Source of the DNA: Tubulanus polymorphus
Lineage: Eukaryota > Animalia > Nemertea
NCBI RefSeq assembly: GCF_964204645.1
Contig: NC_134027.1
Coordinates: 13,734,485 to 13,798,484 of the forward strand
DNA length: 64,000 nucleotides
Direction: 5' to 3'
The notes under the pieces are model-generated. The model was given only the letters and a program-made list of their open reading frames with translations, had not been told where the DNA came from and did not search any database. Made by a program: the position numbers and the translations under genes. Positions 38,449 to 51,390 of the stretch are shown piece by piece (the stretch's first letter is position 1; each line of letters begins with the position of its first letter).

Positions 38449-40137
38449 TGGTTTACCTTTGTCAACGATATGATGTTGGCATTGAGCCAATTCATGTAAA
38501 ATCGCGGTACGTTTTTTTATGTGAGCATTTGTTTCATTGGTTCTCGGCTTAAACGATATAGAATCGATGCGATTGAAGACACAGGCGAACCTCTGTCGAT
38601 GACATGGTCAACTCAGTTAAAATTCTACGAAAAACTGTTTTTGTAAATTCTTAGCTCTCACGTATAAAATTGCAATTACCTCGATTGGGGGCGTCGTCTC
38701 TACGGGCGAATGGGATTGGCTGTTTTTGGAATATACCGGGAATTCCGGCGCTACTAAAATAATTATGGGAAAGCCATAGAATGGCGTACGTTTCATTGGA
38801 CTAGGTGCCGTATACGTGCCGATTTCAAATGCTCATTGCTGGTGAGGATGTAATTATTTCACTCATCTGCCATAGGTATTTGTTTCATTTTAATACCCGG
38901 TGATTGTTTTGATTGACATTGAGGTGTAAGCGAATATTCACTTACACGAGGCCTCCCATGCATGCGGAGTGCCACACCACACACACACAAGCTCCTACAG
39001 TACGCTACTACTAAGGGTGAAGCTATAACGCGTGCACGTTTGACATGAAAATAGGCTGAATAATCGTAGCAGAAGATGAGCGCTGCGTTTTCTGTTCGAT
39101 AGAATTTGTAATAAATCGTAATTTCTTGTGACCTGAAAATACTAAGCAGCAAACTATAGGTCGAGGTCTGGATATTGTAGGGGTAAATTTCAGGATTTAA
39201 AACGATCTTATAGCCGATTTCTTCTGTACCGGTATTTTAGCTTCCGTGGCCAACATAGGAAAAGGTATCCAAGACCCAATATTCAGCAACACCCTCTGAT
39301 ATGTGACATCATATGAATTTTAGGCCATCCCAAAATAATGGTTTGTTTGCCGTAACCCGACCGACCCGACTTAAAAGGTACCGAGTGAAAAGTTTTTTTC
39401 TGGGATTCATTGAAATAAATTTTTTTATGTTTGATAAAAACGGCCGACCGACCGAATCACTTCCGACGTATGAGCTACGTATGTTTGAATTCAATTGTGC
39501 ATCGTGTGAAAACATGCCTTGAGATGTGGCCTAGTTTAAGTTTTCCAGGCAGTGTTCCAATAAGCTGTCATTCATTCTAATAGTGACAATATTAAAGCTG
39601 GTAACGTAAAAGCGCGCACATATTCAATGTACTGTTTCATTTCAGAGATGACGCTCTGGACGAAGTTATAATTTTAGAATAATTCTTGAAATCTACGCTA
39701 TTAGACAAATTTCCCGTGCACAACGTTGATGATTTTTTTTGCGATATTGTTTCCATGTAAAAAAGCCCAAAGGTGAAAAATTTGGGTTTTTTTTGCCCAA
39801 AAATTTTGCAAAAGAAATTTCTACCTACCTACGGACTCATCCTGAAAAGTTGAGTCAGTGTTGCGGCAAACAGACAATTATTTTAGGATGGCCTTATTTG
39901 AAAATTTTTTCATATTGTGAAACACATTTTTTGGAAATTATAAAATAGTTTCCCTGCCTGCTGCAAATGTATATCTTTGGTCTTATTTGACTACAAAATA
40001 ATTCTTTGAGAAAGATAAAATTCAATATAAACTTGTGGAACTTTGAAGTCACGAGTTAAAAAGATTTTTCAAGCAATGCCCTTATTCCAAACAACCTCTA
40101 GCTTTCAAGGTAAACCTGACTTTGCCCATGGGCAATT
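38449..40137 (+). mobile_element. HINE-like family B, full copy, inserted in LINE RT
   Basis: subTIR GGTTTACCTT (38450) / AAGGTAAACC (to 40116), 3' stem-loop TTGCCCATGGGCAA, T-rich flanks, no TSD; splits PLLF|IYIND. Confidence 0.75.
39323..39893. mobile_element. MITE with GGCC termini and TTA TSD (Zator- or Harbinger-like)
   Basis: TIR GGCCATCC.AAAATAAT.GT.TGTTTGCCG; empty site TTTTATTT visible in the paralog at ~19755. Confidence 0.85.
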
Positions 40138-40585
40138 TATTTATATCAATGACCTTAATCATAATCTGAAAAATTCAAAAACAATTCTTTTCGCAGATGA
40201 TGCTAATATTCTTTTTGAAATTGATAGAATTGATTCAATTCAAAAGGCCATTGACAAAGATATCAAGATTTTAATTGACTGGTTCCGTGCAAATTTGTTA
40301 AGGCTAAACATACCAAAAACTCACACAATCCTTTTCTCGAAAAAAAAATTTGAAGACATCCACTTAAGATTTGGTCCAGTGACAATAACACCTACTAAAT
40401 CATGCAACTTCCTAGGATTAACAATGAAGACCAACTCAACTGGGATCCACACTTGAAACAGCTTGTCTCAAAAATTAACAAAAACATATTTCTTCTCCGT
40501 ATTGTAAAATTTTTTTTTCTCCTGCCATGGGCTAAACGTTTTCTCTACCATAGCTATTTACATTCTCACTTTACCTATGCATTAG
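40138..40585 (+). pseudogene. Continuation of the LINE RT
   Basis: IYINDL..ILFADD..WFRANLL.LN..KT; FLG; LNWDPH. Confidence 0.85.
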
Positions 40586-40929
40586 TAGCAATCCTATCAT
40601 GCAATTATTAAAAACCATGTCAGTCAAATGAACTTTGTTTTGTCAGTAGCACTGGCCTCAAATTTGAAGAACTTTGGTCCTGATTGGTCCGTATGATGAT
40701 GAAAAACCTCCGATGAAACCTGGGCTCTCACCAAGTTTGTACCGTATCATAGCGGGTCACTCATAGTTTTAGTTTTAGTTTTAGTTTACATCATTCTAGG
40801 GATGTGTTAAATTTATGAATATTTGTTCAGACAAAAGGCCCATAGCTGGTAATGAATTTTGCTAAGATTTCATTCTCGTTAAAAGTCAGTTATCATTGAA
40901 AGTTCACACTGACCAAAATTGAGTCCTTT

Positions 40930-42192
40930 TTAGCCCACTTGGGACTTTAGACCCAGCAGGCTATTGCGTTCACTTTTCGTCCGTCGTCCGTCTGTCCATA
41001 GATGGAATCCAGTTATTTTGGGAAGTTTTGAACACGCTTCAATGTAATGCCTTGATATTTGGGTGACACATGTATCTACCCTAGACACATCTTCAGCCAA
41101 AAAACTGGCCCTGTCAGATTCAAGATGGCCGACTGGCAGCCATTGTTGTTCGCCAAAATCAGCACTTTTTACACATTTTTGAACTTTTTGAGAGAAATTT
41201 GGAAGACACTTCGATCATTTACCTTGATCTTTTGGATATATGTAAATCCCCCCAGTGCCCATCAGCATAACAAATATTGGGTTGATTGGACTCAAGATAG
41301 CCGTCCTATGACCTTTTTAGTGCCCAAAAATGTCAATTTTGGCCCTAATTGTGAGTCCTGTAGCTTCCTACTGGTGTACCATTTCTCATTGCAATTTGTG
41401 ATGAGTACTCTTTGGAAAAGGGTGTTTTATACCTGAGACAAGTATTTTTGATCAGCCAATTATGACGCAATTGGCGGCCATCTTGGTGTCATCAGTACCC
41501 ATTCGTAGGAGAGAAAAAGTTTTTCCACATTATATTGATACCTAAGCGTATTTTATTCCCACAATCGATTAGAAAGTTGTAGCTCATAATGTGTTCTATG
41601 ATTGTGGTGAGTTTCAAGGTCATTGGTTTTTGTATTTGGCCACCAGGGGGCGTTGAATAATACAATATCTTAGTATTTCTATATTATATTTGTACCAATG
41701 CAAATTTTGTAACCACAATCAATTGCAAAGTTGTAGCTCATGACATCGTCTATGATTGTGGCGAGTATTAAGGACATTAGTTATTCTATATGGTCACCAG
41801 GGGGCGTTGAATAGTAGATTAACTTAGTATTTCCTTATTATATTAGTACCTAGGCATATTTTGTTACCATGATCAATTGCAAAGTTGTAGTTCATGACAT
41901 GTTCTATGATTATGGTGAGTTTCAAGGTCATTGGGTTTTGAATATGGTCACCAGGGGGCATCGAATAGTAGAATAACTTAGTATTTCCATATTAAATTGG
42001 TAACGAGGCATATTTAGTTATGACAATCAATTACAAAATCGTAGCTGCTGACATGTTCTATGATTGTGGTGAGTTTCAAGGTCATTGGTTTTTGTATTTG
42101 GTCACCAGGGGGGCGTTGGATATTGAAACTGTTAGATTGTTGAGCATTTGAAACCACTTCCCAAGTGGGCATGGTGTCCCTGGACCCCTAGT
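40930..42192 (+). mobile_element. HINE-like family A copy 2 (four 154-bp repeats)
   Basis: subTIR GCCCACTTGGGA / TCCCAAGTGGGC, CGTC microsatellite, central tandem repeats, 3' stem-loop then CTAGTT, T-rich flanks. Confidence 0.85.
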
Positions 42193-42399
42193 TGATATAT
42201 TTTTTTCTTGTTTAATTTTCAATGAACTGAATTTTGCATTCCGGTAGCCTATGTGACAGAATTTTTTACTTCACATCAGTTTGGCTAGCCACTGGACCAT
42301 TGGAGCTTTATTCTGTGATGGTCTAAGCCTCTATACTAGAAGGTGTGACAAGCATATCCTCCTAGTAACGACAGTGACTTTAGGTCGCAATAAGTGATG

Positions 42400-42777
42400 T
42401 AATTTAATCATGATATTTAGAAATTAGTTGATTGCTGAGGGACGGGATAGTTTTGAGAAAAGGCATATACAGTACAATAATACGTTGTTAATCGGTGAAC
42501 TGCTTAGGAGTTGGAATGTTTCTAATGTTCAAATGCGAGGAGTGAGCTTTTTGTGGTTCAGAATGAAGTCAGGATAGGCACATTTTGTTAAGGATTGGCT
42601 GATATGTTTAATTTCATCAGGTTGAAAGGATGAATCACAAATTCTTAGAGCTCAGAGAAATAGACCTTGACCAATGAAGAAAAGCAAAATAATGAAGGTA
42701 CAATTCAGAGTTTGTAGGCTTTCTATATACCAACAATTTCAAATACACAGTTAAGAAACAAAACATCAAGGAATGGT
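42400..42777 (-). pseudogene. Older degenerate PLE RT fragment (3' part)
   Basis: PFLDVLF, YRKPTN, GLFLRALRICD, similar to the PLE ORF at 9.2-9.4 kb. Confidence 0.8.
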
Positions 42778-43117
42778 ATATTTCCGTCGAGTACTGTACC
42801 CTTTCCTATGGTTTTTGCCAATATTTTCTAAATTTGGATTTATCGCCAATGGTTTTTCTATACGACCCGGCCCTGCGGTATTGCATTTAGCCCCCGGCGA
42901 AATCCGCCATCTTTTTTTCTTGGCGTTCTCGCAGTAGAACGCGTTGGATTTTTTCGCCGTAAAAATCTGGGAATTAGGATATTAGGGAGTTTTCACTCTC
43001 ATAACGGTGAGTCCGTTCGGTTTGGGGGTTATCCCTGGTTTCTTTTTTTCCGTAAGAATTTTATTTACAAATATAATTTGATTGAATTGAATTGTTTTGA
43101 TTTGTAACAGGATAATT

Positions 43118-45452
43118 ATGCCATCCCCTCCTAAGGGTCAGCATCGTGGCGGGGAGGGATGCGAGCATTTGTTTGGCTCCTGGGACAACCACGATTCATC
43201 TGCGTCGTGCAGGCGCAAATCCGGTCAAATATGTGCAAGGAGCAATCCTTGCAAGATTTGCGTCGTGTGGTCCGAGGACCTTTGGCTTCGGGCCGATAAG
43301 GCTCTTAAACTAAGAGATCGTCGTCGAGTTAGCAGGGATTCGTCGGTTTCGGCCGATGTGCCAACCAACGTTTCTAATCCTGTTTCTTATCGTAAAGCGG
43401 AGCGGTCGCCGGTCGTTCAGGTACGATTGGCTTCCCAACTCCGTTCACCGGGGAGGAACGCTGGTTCACCGGCACCGGTCTCCGGTCAGTAGTCGCGAAC
43501 GGCCGCACCGGTTCAGTCGGTACCGGTCCGGGTCGGGCATCGGTCCGGTTCGGCCACCGGTCCGGTCCAGACGTCGTCCGGTTCAAAACATCCGGTACGT
43601 TCATCGTCTGATTCTGATCGTCGCTCCGGGGATAGAGCTCGCTCTCCCACTAGATTTAGACGCCGTGAGCGTAATAAACGAGCAAGATCTCCTTCTCGCA
43701 GATCAAGGTTTGATCGCGAGAGGGACTACGATCGTTATTGTCGGAAGTTTCGCCGTCGGTCTTCTCATCGTTCTTCGACGTCGGTTAGCGATGAAAGCGA
43801 TTCTTCTAGTAGGTCGCGATCCCGTCCGAGGGACCGTCACCGAAGTCGGCATGATCGTCGGGATACTGGAAAATACCTGACTCAGAAGGATTTCCATGTA
43901 TTTGAGGAGAAAATTTTAAACTTGTTATCTTCGTCGCAACAAGTCGCTGCAACTTCTACAACAGGTAAGCCTATTCCTGATTGTCTGGTTAGAAGTTCGC
44001 CAGCCCACTCAGTTCTTCAGAATTCTGACTCTGAATTCCTGGATGCTGCGGTAGGGTCTGATTTCAATGAGGATCCGGTCCCAGAAGCGGCAATTCCTTC
44101 TGGGGTCGTTCCTGTCGCGAGCAATTGTGGGTTGCCCCAGACGATGGGGGCTTCCCTGGCTCGCAATGTATCTCCGTCCCGTTCAGTTTTATCCGAACCA
44201 GTGGGGGACTTGCCATTTAGAGCGATGATAAGTGAGTTCTTTGTCAAGCACGGGGCAACTCGCGCTAAGCCCACAGCAGCTCCTCTGGTCGGTGAGTCAA
44301 TGGAAGCTTATCCGATCTTAATGTTTTACGGGAATCGTCGGCGGTTTCGAGAGAATGGGCTCGATTGGATACGCAATTATGGGGTGAATGTCGGCTTGGA
44401 ACATTTTCATTTCCCCCTCCAGAACGGGGTATGAAATATTTTAGTTCAACCGATCCACCTATAGGCGCATTTCGCTCGGGATATTATGCAACTCCAGGTG
44501 CTGTGGATCACAGTCATAATTGCCTGGATGCTGATTATACTTTGATCAGCCCGGATACTGTTACAGCACAGTCGGGTATTCGTTTGCCTAAGTCCGGTTT
44601 GGTGGCCATGACGTCAATCCTGGACAATCTTACCAGGGTTGGTTCGTTTCAGGATATGGCACTTAAGGTGTTGACGGGTGAGCTTCGCGAGACTCACGCC
44701 GCCGTTCATGCGGGCTCCGATCCAGAGTCATTTGCCCTAAAACTGGAGGGAATGGACCGAATTATCCAATCTTTGGCTCGGTCTGTTTCGCATGTAATTC
44801 CGTTGTCGGTTGGCCATGACGTCAATCCTGGACAATCTTACCAGGGTTGGTTCGTTTCAGGATATGGCGCTTAAGCTGTTGACGGGTGAGCTTCGCGAGA
44901 CTCACGCCACCGTTCTTGCGGGCTCCCACCCAGTCAGTTGCCCTAAAACTGGAGGGAATGGACCGGATTATCCAATCTTTGGCTCGGTCTGTTTCGCATG
45001 TAATTCTGTTGTCGGTTCGGGGTCAGGCTAATCTTTTGTTAGCCTCCCGTCAGTCAGTGATGGACTCCAGTTCCAAAACTCGTCTACCGGATATGGTGTC
45101 CAATGCTTTGCTGAGAGCTCAATTGGGGACGTCTTCACGTCTCTTCTCCGGTTGGTGCCCTCCGGTTTCCGCAGAGCTGAGGAAGATTCGGGAGGTCCAG
45201 GCCAAGTCCAACCCCCGAACTCCGTGGAAAAAGCGTTCTGTTCCGACGCCGGCGGCGCAAGGTTCGGCACGGACGCAAACAGGACCATCTCAAACTTCAG
45301 CGCTTTCTCAGGCGGCTTCGGATGCCGGTTGGAGAACTAGCGCGCAACTTCAACAATCGTGTCAAGCCTCGTCCAGTCGTAACAGTTCCAGTTCGTATCG
45401 AGGCAAGGGGAAGGCTCCAAAAAAGGGGCTCTTTCGGAAAAACTCGAAATGA
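43118..45452 (+). pseudogene. DIRS gag-like ORF, frameshifted
   Basis: As copy 1, including the 208-bp duplication. Confidence 0.75.
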
Positions 45453-47490
45453 ATTCTTGGGACCAGTGGGAGGTTGTCTGCAGCAGGCAGAAACCCACTG
45501 GTCCGACCTTTTCGGAGACGGTTGGCCCTCCCGGGTCGTCTCTCGTGGCTACCGTGTCCGTTTCCTAAGGCGACCGCGCCTGACGAGGTCACCTCCCGAC
45601 ATGCAGCCAAAACCAGGTCAGGAGGCCTTAATCTCTCCGGCTCTCAAGGAATTGGCCGAGAAGGGAGCGATAGAACCAGTTTGCAACGAAACTTCTCCCG
45701 GCTGGTTTTCTCGAATATTCATGGTACCAAAGGCCACAGGGGGTCAACGGACGGTGATAGATCTGTCATCCCTCAATCGGCACCTAGACATTCCAAGGTT
45801 CCGGATGACCAAACCCAATGACGTGATTCAAGGGCTCCGTCCGGGTCAATGGGCGGCTTCGTTGGACCTGAAAGATGCTTACTTTCAGGTTCCAATACAC
45901 CCAAAATCTCGGCGATTTCTCAGGATAAAGTGGAAAGGCCGCCAGTTCCAATTCAGGTCTCTTCCATTTGGCCTCAGTACGGCCCCGTCGGTTTTCACCA
46001 AGTTGGTCAAGTCAGTTCAGAAGGTACTTCAGTCAAGGGGTGTTCGACTGTTCGTTTACCTTGACGACTGGTAAATAGTCGCGAATTCGGCTCAGGAATG
46101 TCGGGAGGCAATGACCTCAGTCTTGGACTTAGTCCATCAGCTAGGGTTCCGCGTAAACAGGGAAAAATCTCAGTTGACGCCGGCCCAACAGTTCACTTAT
46201 CTCGGCAAGGACTTCGATCTCCGAATCGGCAAAGTCTTTCCGTCTATGGCTCGAGTAGCCAAACTTCAAGAAGCTGTAGCGGGAGTTTCCACAACGCCGA
46301 GAACAGCTCGTTACTGGTCACGGCTTCTAGGCTCCATCAGCTTCATGGGTCTGGTGGTGCCCTTAGGCCGCCTCAGAAGCAGGCGCTTGCAACAATATTG
46401 GAAGGTCTTCTGGTCTCGGTCGAAGGGCAACTGGGAGACCTTGATTCCCGTACCTCCAACCGATCTAAGTCTGGATCTTCAGTGGTGGGCGGCAACTACG
46501 AATCTTCGGCGTGGGGTGTCACTAGCCCTGTTAGAGGCTCCAGTTCGTGTATTCACGGATGCCAGTCACCAAGGATGGGGGGCACATCTGGAGAACCGAG
46601 TCAAAGCCGGGAGATGGTCTCGCTACGAGGCCACCAACCACATAAATTTCCTAGAAATGCTGGCCGTGTGGAAGGCCCTGAAGTTCTTTCACAAGGAGAG
46701 TGGAGGGCCACCACGTTTGGTTAGCCACAGACAATTCATCAGTGAGGACTTACCTTCAGAACCAAGGGGGCACTCACTCAGAAACCCTCACAGGTCTGTC
46801 GGCCAAAATTCTTCTTTGGTGCCAGACAAAGGGCGTGTCCCTGACTGTGGCACATTTAGCAGGGAAAAGGAACGTGATGGCCGATGCTCTGTCTCGTCGA
46901 GGTCAGGCTATTGCGACAGAATGGGCTCTCCACCAAGAAGTAGCCGATCGGGTTCGGGGCATGTTTGGCAATCCGCTGCTGGATCTGTTTGCCACCCGGT
47001 TCAATCGGAGGTGTCCTCTGTTTGTGTCCCCGTTTCCAGACGCGGAAGCGTGGGGGTCGATGCCTTCTCTCTGGACTGGTCGGGGATGCATACGTATGCG
47101 TTCCCGCCCACACCAGTCCTGCCGCGCTTACTGGATCAAATAGAGAGATCAGTCAATTGCAACATAGTTCTGGTAGCACCATGTTGGCCAGCTCAGAAAT
47201 GGTTCCTACCACTTCTCAACCTACTGTGCAACAACCCCAGGATTCTTCCGAATTTCCCATCGCTTCTGTCTTGGGGGAACTTTCGGCATTATCCAAACAG
47301 CCAGTGGTTAAATCTGCTCGCCTGGCCATTGTCCAGCGATCCTTGTCAGCTTCAGGCTTTTCAGAACAGGCTGCCTCCTTTATCGCTGGATCTAAACGGC
47401 CATCAACAAGTACCATTTACGATGCCAAATGGAGCCATTTCGCGGATTGGTGTGCTGCAGGGGAAATTGATCCATGCTCACCCTCTGTAG
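45322..47490 (+). pseudogene. DIRS pol (RT, RNase H, MT), disrupted
   Basis: Same motifs; TAA after YLDDW at 46072; frameshifts near 46700 and 47055. Confidence 0.93.
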
Positions 47491-48401
47491 CTCAATTGGC
47501 AGATTTTTTACTGCACCTATTTGTAGTAAAAGGTTTGCAGGTCATAACTATTAAAGGTTACCGCTCCGCGATTTCTCATACATTGCGTGCTTCTGGATGG
47601 CCAAATGTAGCAGGGGATCATCGGATATCCCAGCTTGTTGCAGGGTTTTCTATTTCCCGGCCTCGGATACCAAGGATAGTTCCACCATGGGATCTGTCTG
47701 TAATTTTGAAGAAGTTAATGGAGGCTCCATTTGAACCTCTTTCGGCAGCGTCATTTGCGAATTTGTCAAAAAAGACTGTATTTTTTCTGTTCTTGGCTTG
47801 CTCGGCCCGTCGCTCTGAGATTCATGCGCTTTCAGTCCGACAAGGTCATATTGTCTTTGGGCCAGCGAATGAATTTGTTTCGCTGCGGCCTGCTTTGGAA
47901 TTTTTGGCAAAGAACCAACGACCAGGCTCGGTTGAGCGTCAATGGCGAATTGAAGCCCTAAAACATCGAGTGGAACCGGGCATCCCGGACAGGACTTTAT
48001 GTCCTGTGCGGGCGTTGTGTTTCTATTTAGATCGCTCTGCTTCACGGAGGGGTTCACGGGAGCGGTTATTTATTCCGCTGCTGGATCACCTAAAGGGGGA
48101 TATTTCGCGGGACACAGTGGCCCGATGGGTCTCTTCACTGATCAAGGACATTTTATTGAAGGAGAATCTTTCCTCGGAGGGAGTGGTTTCTCATCAAGTG
48201 AGGTCTATGGCTACTTCCTGCGCAGCCTTTTCGGGTGCTCCGTTGGAGGAAGTCTGTCGGGCCGCCTTTTGGAATTCACCGTCGACATTCACGTCATTTT
48301 GTTTACGGGATGTTTCAGGCCAGTTAGGCTCATTAGCTTCACTTTGTCCTGTTGTCATGGCTCAAGGTGTCCGTTCTTTCCGATCGGACCCTTTAGTGTA
48401 G
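46965..48401 (+). CDS. DIRS tyrosine recombinase ORF (open, predicted catalytic Tyr to Cys)
   Basis: R, HQVR and W motifs intact; TFTSFC here vs TFTSFY in copy 1; true start probably downstream of 46965. Confidence 0.88.
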   Translation: MAIRCWICLPPGSIGGVLCLCPRFQTRKRGGRCLLSGLVGDAYVCVPAHTSPAALTGSNREISQLQHSSGSTMLASSEMVPTTSQPTVQQPQDSSEFPIASVLGELSALSKQPVVKSARLAIVQRSLSASGFSEQAASFIAGSKRPSTSTIYDAKWSHFADWCAAGEIDPCSPSVAQLADFLLHLFVVKGLQVITIKGYRSAISHTLRASGWPNVAGDHRISQLVAGFSISRPRIPRIVPPWDLSVILKKLMEAPFEPLSAASFANLSKKTVFFLFLACSARRSEIHALSVRQGHIVFGPANEFVSLRPALEFLAKNQRPGSVERQWRIEALKHRVEPGIPDRTLCPVRALCFYLDRSASRRGSRERLFIPLLDHLKGDISRDTVARWVSSLIKDILLKENLSSEGVVSHQVRSMATSCAAFSGAPLEEVCRAAFWNSPSTFTSFCLRDVSGQLGSLASLCPVVMAQGVRSFRSDPLV

Positions 48402-48975
48402 AATATTTATGTTGCATTATCAGGATCACAGGGGGTGTATCCTTGTACATAGTTTGGGCTCATATCTGCAAGTATTAATTTCGCAAAATTCTGGGGGGGC
48501 CCCTGAGCTGGACGGACTCACTGTGGCCAACCGGTCTTCCCTGTGCTACAGTGCTCCAATCCGTGCTTGGGTAAGTGCTCTCTTTTTCCCTCTTACCTTG
48601 CGTTTGAGCGGTGGTTTTTCTATCTACCTTTCCCACCATCCTTGTGCTAGGCTAGTCTAGCAAAAACCATAGGAAAGGGTACAGTACTCGATGGAAATAT
48701 TACAATTTTTGGAACTAAAATTTGTATTTCCGAGTAGTACTTACCCTTTCCTATGGTGGGAATCCCGCCCACCTGCCCCGCATAGCTGTTTTTTTTTGGT
48801 CTGCTATGACGTAAAAAGATGGCGGATTTCGCCGGTGGCTAAATGCAATACCGCAGGGCCGGGTCGTATAGAAAAACCATTGGCGATAAATCCAAATTTA
48901 GAAAATATTGGCAAAAACCATAGGAAAGGGTAAGTACTACTCGGAAATACAAATTTTAGTTCCAAAAATTGTAAT

Positions 48976-49170
48976 TTTACCATATTCCCATTCATGAGTG
49001 AAGGATAGAAGGGAGTTAAGATACAAAAGAAAATTATCAATGTTAAAATCAAAGGGAACTAAATCCAGGATATTATCAACGTATCTAAGCCAGATTACAG
49101 GAGGTATACCTGTGTAGAAAGGTAATACTTAAGATTTGACATTTTTGTGCCCCTGGCTCAACTTAAGTTC
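48976..49170 (-). pseudogene. Older degenerate PLE RT fragment (5' part)
   Basis: IWLRYVDNI..LVPFDFNIDNF; joins 42777 as EWEYGK|IPFLD. Confidence 0.8.
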
Positions 49171-50132
49171 TGACGATACGATCGGGTATACAAAATTCCG
49201 ATTTTTATTTTCCTATTTCGGCGATGTCCGATTTTCCACCCGCCAACGCGTTGTAACACAATATGATGACTTGGTAGAACAGAATTGAATAGGTGGGGAA
49301 TTTATATGCACGCGCGCGGTGGATGAGTGCGTCGCTATATATACTGTGTACGTGGGTCAGGCGATAAACAGCGCTTACTAGCGCGCGCGCGTGTGTGTGT
49401 ATGAGAGTAGCTGTGTTATTGATTTTATCTACACATGGCGCACGATTATTTCGTAGTAGGAGAGCAGCTTCTTAATTTATTACAAGAATCAAAATAAAGT
49501 TCATTCGTTTTGAAATACGTTGTTTTAAATCATTCTTGAATATCATGACATGTGGCAAAATGTGATTGTTATTGTCAAATTGCTCCGCATCGTTTCGGAG
49601 AAGAATCGGTTTACTGCGGTAATTAGCTCGTTTTCACAGCGCGATGAGCATTAGAAGATCCGGGTTAGATTTCAACGTGTGGACTAGTTATTTGTGGTTG
49701 AAATGTTTTGGTAAGCAATTGCTTTGTTAGTTTGAACCTTAATGTTGTCACTCTTGTATTAGTTTGATTTAAAAAGATAATTTAAGATCCTTTTGAGCAG
49801 TGCATCTCAAAGTAAACTTTTAGTTCGCATATTTGGCAGATGGGTTAGGGTTGGGGTCAGCACCATCGAGTTGCATGTAGATTTAGAGACTTTTTACTGT
49901 TTGTATCTTTCAGTTCTTTACATGGAGTCTCTCTGGGACAGTATCATGGAATTGATGCTGGAAATTGATATATTCGCATGACAGCTGTATAGTGTTATGT
50001 AATTCGTTTGACAATTTATGCCAGTTTTATGTTCTTATTTTTTAGTCTATTGTATATTTTTGATAAACACTGTTGATTTTTATCTTTCATAAAATAATAA
50101 AGAAAAATACATTCTGTAGAATTTGCTGATTT

Positions 50133-51390
50133 TTAGCCCACTTGGGACTTTAGTCCCAGCGGGCTATTGCGTTCACTTTTCGTCCATCGTCCGTCCGTAG
50201 ACGGAATCCAGTTATTTTGGGAAGTTTTGAAGACGCTTCAAGGTAACGTCTTGATATTTGGGTTACACGTGTATCTACCCTAGACACATCTTCAGCCCAA
50301 AAACTGGCCCTGTCAGAATCAAGATGGCTGACTGGCAGCCATTGTTGTTCGCCAAAATCAGCACTTTTTACACATTTTTGAACTTTTTGAGGGAAATTTT
50401 GAAGACGCTTCGATCAATTACCTTGATCTTTCGGATATATATGAATCCCCCCAGGGCCCATCAACAAAACAAAAATTGGGTCGGTCGGACTCAAGATGGC
50501 CGTCCTATGACCTTTTTAGTGCCCAAAAATGTTAATTTTGCCCGAATTCTGAGTCCTGTAGCTTCCTACTGGTTTACCATTTCTCATTGCAATTTGTGAT
50601 GGGTATTCTTTGGAAAGGGATGTTTTATACCTCAGACAGGTATTTTTCATCAGCCAATTATGACGCAATTGGTGGCCATCTTGGTGTCACCAGTACTCAT
50701 TCGTAAGTGGGAAAAAGTTTTTCCACATTATATTGATACCTAAGCGTATTTTGCTACCACAATCAATTAGAAAGTTGTAGCTCATAACGTGTTCTATGAT
50801 TGTGGTGAGTTTCAAGGTAATTGGATTTCGTATATGGCCACCAGGGGGCGTTGAATAATACAATATCTTAGCATTTCTTTATTATATTCGTACCTATGCA
50901 TATTTTGTAACCACAATCAATTGGAAAGTTGTAGCTCATGACATCATCTATGATTGTTGTGAGTTTTAAGGACATTAGTTTTTCTATATGGTCACCAGGG
51001 GGCGTTGAATAGTAGAATAACTTAGTATTTCCTTATTATATTGGTACCTAGGCATATTTTGTTACCATGATCAATTGCAAAGTTGTAGTTCATGACATGT
51101 TCTATGATTGTGGTAAGTTTTGAGGTCATTGGGTTTTGAATATGGTCTCCAGAGGGCGTTGAATAGTAGAATAACTTAGTATTTCCGTATCAATTTGGTA
51201 ACGAGGCATATTTTGTTATCACAATCAATTACAAAATCGTAGCTGCTGACATATTCTATGATTGTGGTGAGTTTCAAGGTCATTGGTTTTTGTATATTGT
51301 TGCCAGGGGGTGTTGAATATTGAAATTGTTAGATTGTTGAACATTTGGAACCACTTCCCAAGTGGGCATGGTGTCTCTGGACCCCTAGTT
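50133..51390 (+). mobile_element. HINE-like family A copy 3 (four repeats)
   Basis: Colinear with copy 2, same termini. Confidence 0.85.

Larger units (their letters stand above)
42778..48975 (+). mobile_element. DIRS1-type retrotransposon, copy 2 (defective)
   Basis: Near-identical to copy 1; ITRs and ICR 48660-48756. Confidence 0.96.

Noticed and set aside
41059-41436. ORFs shared among HINE copies (also 50258 and 55355)
   Set aside because: TTG starts, differing stops, no domain; similarity reflects the repeat.
21637-48975. Segmental duplication as origin of the two DIRS copies
   Set aside because: Similarity ends exactly at the element termini and the flanks are unrelated.
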